Part shown: positions 56,385-64,000 of the stretch, piece by piece | Layout: every line of letters starts with the position of its first letter | Numbering within the stretch: position 1 is the stretch's first letter | DNA from: Eledone cirrhosa | Lineage: Eukaryota | DNA: 64,000 nt | Direction: 5' to 3' | NCBI GenBank assembly: GCA_964016885.1 | Contig: OZ024742.1 | Coordinates: 34,100,001 to 34,164,000 of the forward strand | Notes under the pieces: model-generated | The model's input: only the letters and a program-made list of their open reading frames with translations | Databases searched by the model: none | Told to the model about the DNA's origin: nothing | Translations under genes and position numbers: made by a program

Positions 56385-57733
56385 TGTTTTGTGAGGTTTT
56401 TGATATGAAATCGTGTGTCGAAACAAATATTGTTATATTTGGGGATCACCAACAAGACCTGTATGCGGAGCCAATATCGCTAGCAACTACAGGATCTCCT
56501 ACTTCCTCTCAATGGTTATACGCCCCATAATCAAGATGTCCCCAGATGTATGTGACAGTACAGAGGACCACCTCAGCAGAATCAACGAATGTAACAAAAA
56601 CAAAAACCTATCTAACTGCATAATAGGCAGTATGGACGTGGTATCACTATACCCATTCATTAACATTGATTTTGCTGTGGAAAAATGTGTGAAGATGATC
56701 AGTGAGAGTGAGGTGGAGTTCGGCGACGTCGACACAGATAAACTGGGCCTCCTGCTTAGACTTACCTATGACACTGACTACCTAGACAGCCATGACCTTA
56801 GACGTTTCTGCCCCAGTAGACCCATAAGAGGTAGACCCCCCACCATAACCTCAGTGGCAAAAAAGACTCCCATGGGAAGGTGGATTGGGTGGACCAAAGC
56901 CATACGGACCCCCCAAAACAACGATCAGGTAAGAAAAATGATCGCACATTCAATATGGGCAGGTATTAAAACTGCCCTAAAGGGCCACGTATTCAAATTC
57001 AACGAGAAGATCTACACCCACAATGAGGGAGCAGCCATTGGCGTCAGCATAGCTGGTGACGTTGCCAACCTTCTTATGGTACGGTGGGAAATGAGACTCA
57101 AATATCTCCCTGATGAGAGCTCCATAGACCTCATCATGTACTCTCGTTACGTAGATGACATTAATATAGTAATAAGGACACCCCCACAAGAGAGTACTAA
57201 CAAGTATGATTTAGAATGTAGCACAATGGAAAGCATCCAGCAGATAGGTAATTCCATACACCAGAGTATAACTACCTTTCCAAACACCCTAACAGTAGAC
57301 TACCTGTATTATACATGGAACTCTGGATTAACACTATAGACGAGAGGGCCCAAATTCTCCACTCACACTACGCTAAACCCATGGCCTCCAAATACCTGAT
57401 ACTCAAAAACTCAGCAATGTCCAGTAGTGCTAAGTTTAATATTCTGATCGCAGACTTGGTACGAGTGATGAAGAACGTGTCCCGCATATGCGACCCAACA
57501 GAAATGGAAAGACACATCCAACACTTCATCAACCGCATGCAGTTCTCTGGCTACAACCAAAGAGACAGAATCAGAGTATACGAAGGAGCCACGGAGAAGT
57601 ATAAGACCCTCATAGAACTGGACATGAAAGGAATTTACCCATTATACAGGAGCAAATCATGGAATAGCTTAGATAGGACTAGACATAAGATAGGGAAAGC
57701 CACCTCATGGTACGACAACCAGAGATACCAGAG
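56385..57733 (+). mobile_element. PLE RT fragment preceded by an inverted pLTR tail (56385-56445)
   Basis: PTRPVCG, IIGSMDVVSLYP, NEGAAIGVSIAGDVANLLM and RYVDD; frameshift near 57280; same family as 42062-44266. Confidence 0.92.
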
Positions 57734-59008
57734 ATATTGGCGTGTTAAAGTTCATTTTTGAATGAAAGATTTCCGTACCTTGTCCCACGTATTGATCAAG
57801 TGTCTTTTACCATACTTTCGTATTAACCTAAACATTATCGCACATATTCTGCCGGACGTTTCCAGGATGTGTGCAAGTAACAGTAGAATTCTCACCCACT
57901 TCTACTATATTTTGTTACATTGTTTCCTTCTCCCATATTTTGTTACATTGAGACATTACTTGTTAATATTTATAGGTTCGTGTCCATCTGGGCTTATGGT
58001 AAATAACACTTGTCAAAGATGCCGTGCAGTGGGGTTCAATTGCCGGCCATGTGATTGCGGTCCGAACTTCTTATCAAACCAGTTATGCTGCACTTACACA
58101 GTTCATATTTATAATATATAAGAATGACATTTGCAGATTTTGATCTCTGAAGCAGAACAAAATGAATTACATTTTGTGAAACATCAAAGACCATCATCTA
58201 GCACTTTCTGTTCTGCCTTAAGCAGAATGGAAATTAGGTTAAAATATATTCAATTATGTTCAATGTATTCAATTAATTTAATTATTTTATGAATTAGATT
58301 ATCTTAAGAATTGTGTTATGATTACTGTGTAGTTCTTGAACTTCTATCAGTTCCAACGATAAGTTTTGTAGTTGATACGATTAACGGGACAACCCGATCA
58401 TGAAATTAACGTGTAAGTTGCTGAACATTCCAGCGGCACGTATATACTTAATGTAGTTCCCCAGGTTCATTCAGAATGACACATGACAGGTCCTTTGAAT
58501 TACAGGTACTACTAATTTTTGCTAGCTTCATGAACTAGAGAAACATTAAATATAGGGTCTTGGTGAAGGGCACAACCCGCTAATCGAATTCACAACCTTA
58601 CGATTGTGACCTGACGAGCCCTAACGACTAACCCACGCACCTTCACACTATGAATTAACTAACTATGTGAAATAAATTCAATCTAAAATTCATGAACCTA
58701 GAGTGTATCTATTTCTTCATTTTTGTATTCACTTTACTCACTAGACTGCTGGGGCACCATTTTCAAGAGTTTTAGTTGTTCATATTGACCTCAGTAGATA
58801 ATTTATCGATCTGTATTTTTCGAGATGTTATGTTATGAAACATAAACATTAAATGTAAAAACCACTTCCACACAGTCTACGTCTACCAAGGTTTCTTCAC
58901 AAGTAGAAAAACATTTGCTCAAGGTGGCACGCAATTGATTTGAACCTCGAACCACTTCTTTGTGAAGCGAATTCCCCAATCTCACAGTCATGTCTACCCA
59001 CATACGTT

Positions 59009-59192
59009 CTGGCATTATCGGTAGAGAGCCAGACGCCATGCTTTGTCGCATAGAGTTGCGGCCCTTTATGGTCTGAGTTCAAATTCCACCGAGGTTAACT
59101 TTGCCTTTCATCCTTACGGGCTCGATAAAATAAAGTACCAGTAATGAACTGGGTATTTGCTGGCCTCGTGCCAAAAATAGAAACAATTATAT
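59009..59192 (+). mobile_element. Family-A SINE
   Basis: Head, core and gaaacaattattatt tail. Confidence 0.85.
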
Positions 59193-59479
59193 TATGGTTG
59201 CTACCGGAAACCAAATGAAAATGAATTGAATAGAGAAAACATATTTCCCTTTGAATATTTTAAATTTGGTTTATGTTAACAGAGTTATGAAAATATAAAA
59301 AGAAATATCTTAGATGATTTTAAGGAATGAAAGTTATAGTAAAGTAAAGTAAAAAAAAACAAAACAAAACATCCACATGTTTACTATATAAATTCTATTT
59401 TAGGGTTAGGATCCCCTTTTCTAAAGAAGGTTTTTCACTCTTACATTACTAACTTTCACTGTATTCAATAAAGTCCAAT

Positions 59480-59955
59480 CAATATGGCATTCAAAATAGA
59501 TCACATCACAAACGAAATTGAGGTTATTCTGGTCAATTGTTATTTCAACAAAAACCTCTACTGCTGACACAGGGAAGATTAACGCCAGAACGGAGAAACA
59601 GCTTGATACGTTCCAACAAAGATGCCTTCGAAAGATCCTGGCAAGACAAGATCACAAACGAACATGTGCTTCGAAGAGCCACTGCCACACGCCCAAGTCT
59701 TGTCATCAAAAGCAGACGAATGCTGCTAGCAGGGCATGTTCTACTAATGTGAGAATACACCTGCAAGAACTACAATGACAGCTGATGGGAAAAAACCCCC
59801 AAAAGGTAGACCAAAGAAGACTTGGAGATCCATCCTAAAAGACAACCTGGGCAGGTGTGACACATACTGGTTTCAAGCACCAACCTTTGCCAGAAACAGA
59901 GAAAGACGGAAGAATATTCTGGCCTGTTGCTGGGATGCTGGAGGGTTTAACTGAC
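59480..59955 (+). mobile_element. RTE-clade LINE ORF C-terminal remnant
   Basis: LDTFQQRCLRKIL, WQDKITNEHVLRR, RRMLLAGHVL and GRPKKTW across frameshifts. Confidence 0.85.
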
Positions 59956-60685
59956 CAGATTGTACGCGATTTCCTAAGACAATCGTAATCATATATTCCA
60001 CAATGCTTCAGATAAACTTAGATATTATTTCCAATGCTTTAAAACTTAAGGATAAGAAAGCATATCTACAACAGTGCGAGGAATTGAACATTGAAATAGT
60101 TCTCTAAACATTGATTACTTCAATATATCTGCGATCACATGGGCCAATGCACATATGGACGTTTGACCTACTAGATATAGCAGCCAAATATCCAACAAAT
60201 TACATCTAACCGTCTTGAAAAGTGAAGCCCACATTTAATAATTTATTAATAACTGAGTGTTCATAGATGGACACCTTTGATTATGGGTCAGTCCTCTCAA
60301 GGCTGGTTCGTGACTATGAAATGACATCAATATTTTATTATAGTTCATGCTGTTGCAATGTTATTTATCATTGATGAAAGAGAAATAGATTTTTTACAAC
60401 ATCTGACTGAATAAAATAAACAAAGAATACAACAATGTGCCATGCAACTATTTTAAGGTCCCGCCGAACAAAATGGCGAATGTTATGAAGGATGTCGAAA
60501 GAGAGATGAAATCAAAGAACTAGTCTAATTCAGATGCTCGTTCTTGCTGCTGGTCATCTCCATCCCGATCACAGTAAGTAGAGAGATTGTTCACTAGCCC
60601 AGGTAACAGGATGTTTTCATATATCTTGATTCGATAAGAAATCTGTAACAGAGAACCTGGTATTTTGTCATCTTGCGATATTTAG

Positions 60686-63600
60686 CCATTCGTGCGAAGA
60701 AGCCTGTGTCATACACCCATTCGTGTGAAGCAGCCTGTGTCATACACCCATTCGTGCGAAGCAGCCTGTGTCATACACCCATTCGTGCGAAGAAGCCTGT
60801 GTCATACACCCACTCGTGCGAAGCAGCCTGTGTCATACACCCATTCGTGTGAAGCAGCCTGTGCCATTCACCCATTCGTGCGAAGAAGCCTGTGTCATAC
60901 ACCCATTCGTGCGAAGAAGCCTGTGTCATACACCCATTCGTGCGAAGAAGCCTGTGTCATACACCCATTCGTGCGAAGCAGCCTGTGTCATAAACCCATT
61001 CGTGCGAAGAAGCCTGTGTCATACACCCATTCGTGCGAAGCAGCCTGTGTCATACACCCATTCGTGCGAAGAAGCCTGTGTCATACACCCATTCGTGCGA
61101 AGCAGCCTGTGTCATAAACCCATTCGTGCGAAGAAGCCTGTGTCATACACCCATTCGTGCGAAGCAGCCTGTGTCATACACCCATTCGTGCGAAGAAGCC
61201 TGTGTCATACACCCATTCGTGCGAAGAAGCCTGTGCCATACACCCATTCGTGTGAAGCAGCCTGTGTCATACACCCATTCGTGGGAAGCAGCCTGTGTCA
61301 TAAACCCATTCGTGCGAAGAAGCCTGTGTCATACACCCATTCGTGCGAAGAAGCCTGTGTCATACACCCATCCGTGCGAAGCAGCCTGTGTCATACACCC
61401 ATTCGTGCGAAGAAGCCTGTGTCATACACCCACTCGTGCGAAGCAGCCTGTGTCATACACCCATTCGTGCGAAGCAGCCTGTGCCATACACCCATTCGTG
61501 CGAAGCAGCCTGTGCCATACACCCATTCGTGCGAAGCAGCCTGTGTCATACACCCATTCGTGCGAAGCAGCCTGTGTCATACACCCATTCGTGCGAAGAA
61601 GCCTGTGTCATACACCCACTCGTGCGAAGCAGCCTGTGTCATACACCCATTCGTGCGAAGCAGCCTGTGCCATACACCCATTCGTGCGAAGCAGCCTGTG
61701 CCATACACCCATTCGTGCGAAGCAGCCTGTGCCATACACCCATTCGTGCGAAGCAGCCTGTGTCATACACCCATTCGTGCGAAGCAGCCTGTGTCATAAA
61801 CCCACTCGTGCGAAGCAGCCTTTGTCATACACCCATTCGTGCGAAGCAGCCTGTGTCATACACCCATTCGTGCGAAGCAGCCTGTGTCATACACCCATTC
61901 GTGCGAAGCAGCCTGTGCCATACACCCATTCGTGCGAAGAAGCCTGTGTCATACACCCATTCGTGCGAAGAAGCCTGTGCCATACACCCATTCGTGTGAA
62001 GCAGCCTGTGTCATACACCCATTCGTGGGAAGCAGCCTGTGTCATAAACCCATTCGTGCGAAGAAGCCTGTGTCATACACCCATTCGTGCGAAGAAGCCT
62101 GTGTCATACACCCATTCGTGCGAAGCAGCCTGTGTCATACACCCATTCGTGCGAAGAAGCCTGTGTCATACACCCACTCGTGCGAAGTAGCCTGTGTCAT
62201 ACACCCATTCGTGCGAAGCAGCCTGTGCCATACACCCATTCGTGCGAAGCAGCCTGTGCCATACACCCATTCGTGCGAAGCAGCCTGTGTCATACACCCA
62301 TTCGTGCGAAGCAGCCTGTGTCATACACCCATTCGTGCGAAGAAGCCTGTGTCATACACCCACTCGTGCGAAGCAGCCTGTGTCATACACCCATTCGTGC
62401 GAAGCAGCCTGTGCCATACACCCATTCGTGCGAAGCAGCCTGTGCCATACACCCATTCGTGCGAAGCAGCCTGTGCCATACACCCATTCGTGCGAAGCAG
62501 CCTGTGTCATACACCCATTCGTGCGAAGCAGCCTGTGTCATACACCCATTCGTGCGAAGAAGCCTGTGCCATACACCCATTCGTGCGAAGAAGCCTGTGC
62601 CATACACCCATTCGTGCGAAGAAGCCTGTGTCATACACCCATTCGTGCGAAGCAGCCTGTGCCATACACCCATTCGTGCGAAGCAGCCTGTGTCATACAC
62701 CCATTCGTGCGAAGCAGCCTGTGTCATACACCTATTCGTGGGAAGCAGCCTGTGCCATACACCCATTCGTGCGAAGAAGCCTGTGTCATACACCCATTCG
62801 TGCGAAGCAGCCTGTGTCATACACCCATTCGTGCGAAGCAGCCTGTGTCATACACCCATTCGTGCGAAGCAGCCTGTGTCATACACCCATTCGTGCGAAG
62901 CAGCCTGTGTCATACACCCATTCGTGCGAAGAAGCCTGTGCCATACACCCATTCGTGCGAAGAAGCCTGTGCCATACACCCATTCGTGCGAAGAAGCCTG
63001 TGTCATACACCCATTCGTGCGAAGCAGCCTGTGCCATACACCCATTCGTGTGAAGCAGCCTGTGTCATACACCCATTCGTGCGAAGCAGCCTGTGTCATA
63101 CACCTATTCGTGGGAAGCAGCCTGTGTCATACACCCATTCGTGCGAAGCAGCCTGTGCCATACACCCATTCGTGCGAAGCAGCCTGTGTCATACACCCAT
63201 TCGTGCGAAGCAGCCTGTGTCATACACCTATTCGTGGGAAGCAGCCTGTGCCATACACCCATTCGTGCGAAGAAGCCTGTGTCATACACCCATTCGTGCG
63301 AAGCAGCCTGTGTCATACACCCATTCGTGCGAAGCAGCCTGTGCCATACACCCATTCGTGCGAAGCAGCCTGTGTCATACACCCATTCGTGCGAAGCAGC
63401 CTGTGTCATACACCCATTCGTGCGAAGCAGCCTGTGTCATACACCTATTCGTGGGAAGCAGCCTGTGTCATACACCCATTCGTGCGAAGCAGCCTGTGTC
63501 ATACACCTATTCGTGGGAAGCAGCCTGTGTCATACACCCATTCGTGCGAAGCAGCCTGTGTCATACCCCCATTCGTGCGAAGCAGCCTGTGTCATACACC

Positions 63601-63750
63601 CATTCGTGCGAAGCAGCCTGTGTCATACACCCATTCGTGCGAAGAAGCCTGTGTCATACACCCATTCGTGCGAAGCAGCCTGTGCCATACACCCATTCGT
63701 GCGAAGAAGCCTGTGTCATACACCCATTCGTGCGAAGAAGCCTGTGCCAT
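60686..63750. repeat. 31-bp minisatellite, about 3.1 kb (roughly 99 units), CCATTCGTGCGAAG(C/A)AGCCTGTG(T/C)CATACAC
   Basis: Contiguous units without spacers; the three frames give the same permuted 31-aa pseudo-peptide. Confidence 0.97.
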
Positions 63751-64000
63751 TCATCGATTTCACCAGACTGCCGCTGAAAACCTGTTATTCATATTTATAT
63801 TTATACCATTTACCACTTTCCTGTATTTCAAGCACAAAGATACTTCCATATAGTACATATATTACTACATTTGTTCATAGAAGATCAACAAATATTTGTG
63901 TGTATCTTTTAAGTATTAAATTTAGAAATGAAATGAAGAAAAGAAGTTGAGTAAATGTTTGTTTCGTAAGATTGTGCCACTTCGTAAGATTGTGCCACTT

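Noticed and set aside
60686-63950. CRISPR-like array or Cys/His-rich repeat protein
   Set aside because: Units are contiguous with no spacers and there are no cas genes. A 31-bp period gives the same peptide in all three frames.

Overview
This is AT-rich, microsatellite-saturated eukaryotic DNA with no confidently intact host gene. The repeat repertoire suggests a coleoid cephalopod (Octopus-like); that is an inference. The window is almost entirely mobile-element derived: (1) a 6.4-kb full-length but frameshifted Helitron (Rep/HUH + PIF1 helicase, 10236-16670, minus) plus two non-autonomous relatives with the same termini; (2) several Penelope-like element (PLE) remnants (RT, GIY-YIG, pLTR tails); (3) R4/Dong-like, RTE and CRE LINE fragments; (4) about 20 tRNA-derived SINE copies; (5) a mariner-like deletion derivative; (6) two large minisatellites (18-bp and 31-bp units) that create the spurious giant ORFs. 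The strongest signal missed by the ORF track is about 15 type I hammerhead-ribozyme-like motifs (CTGANGA...GAAA...UH) from roughly 9-10 sequence-unrelated families. Most have a minimal or palindromic stem III, and most lie in short non-coding fold-back cassettes inserted in (TA)n. One is a 554-bp terminally redundant monomer that resembles a retrozyme/circular-RNA retrocopy. All folds were read by eye; no searches were run.
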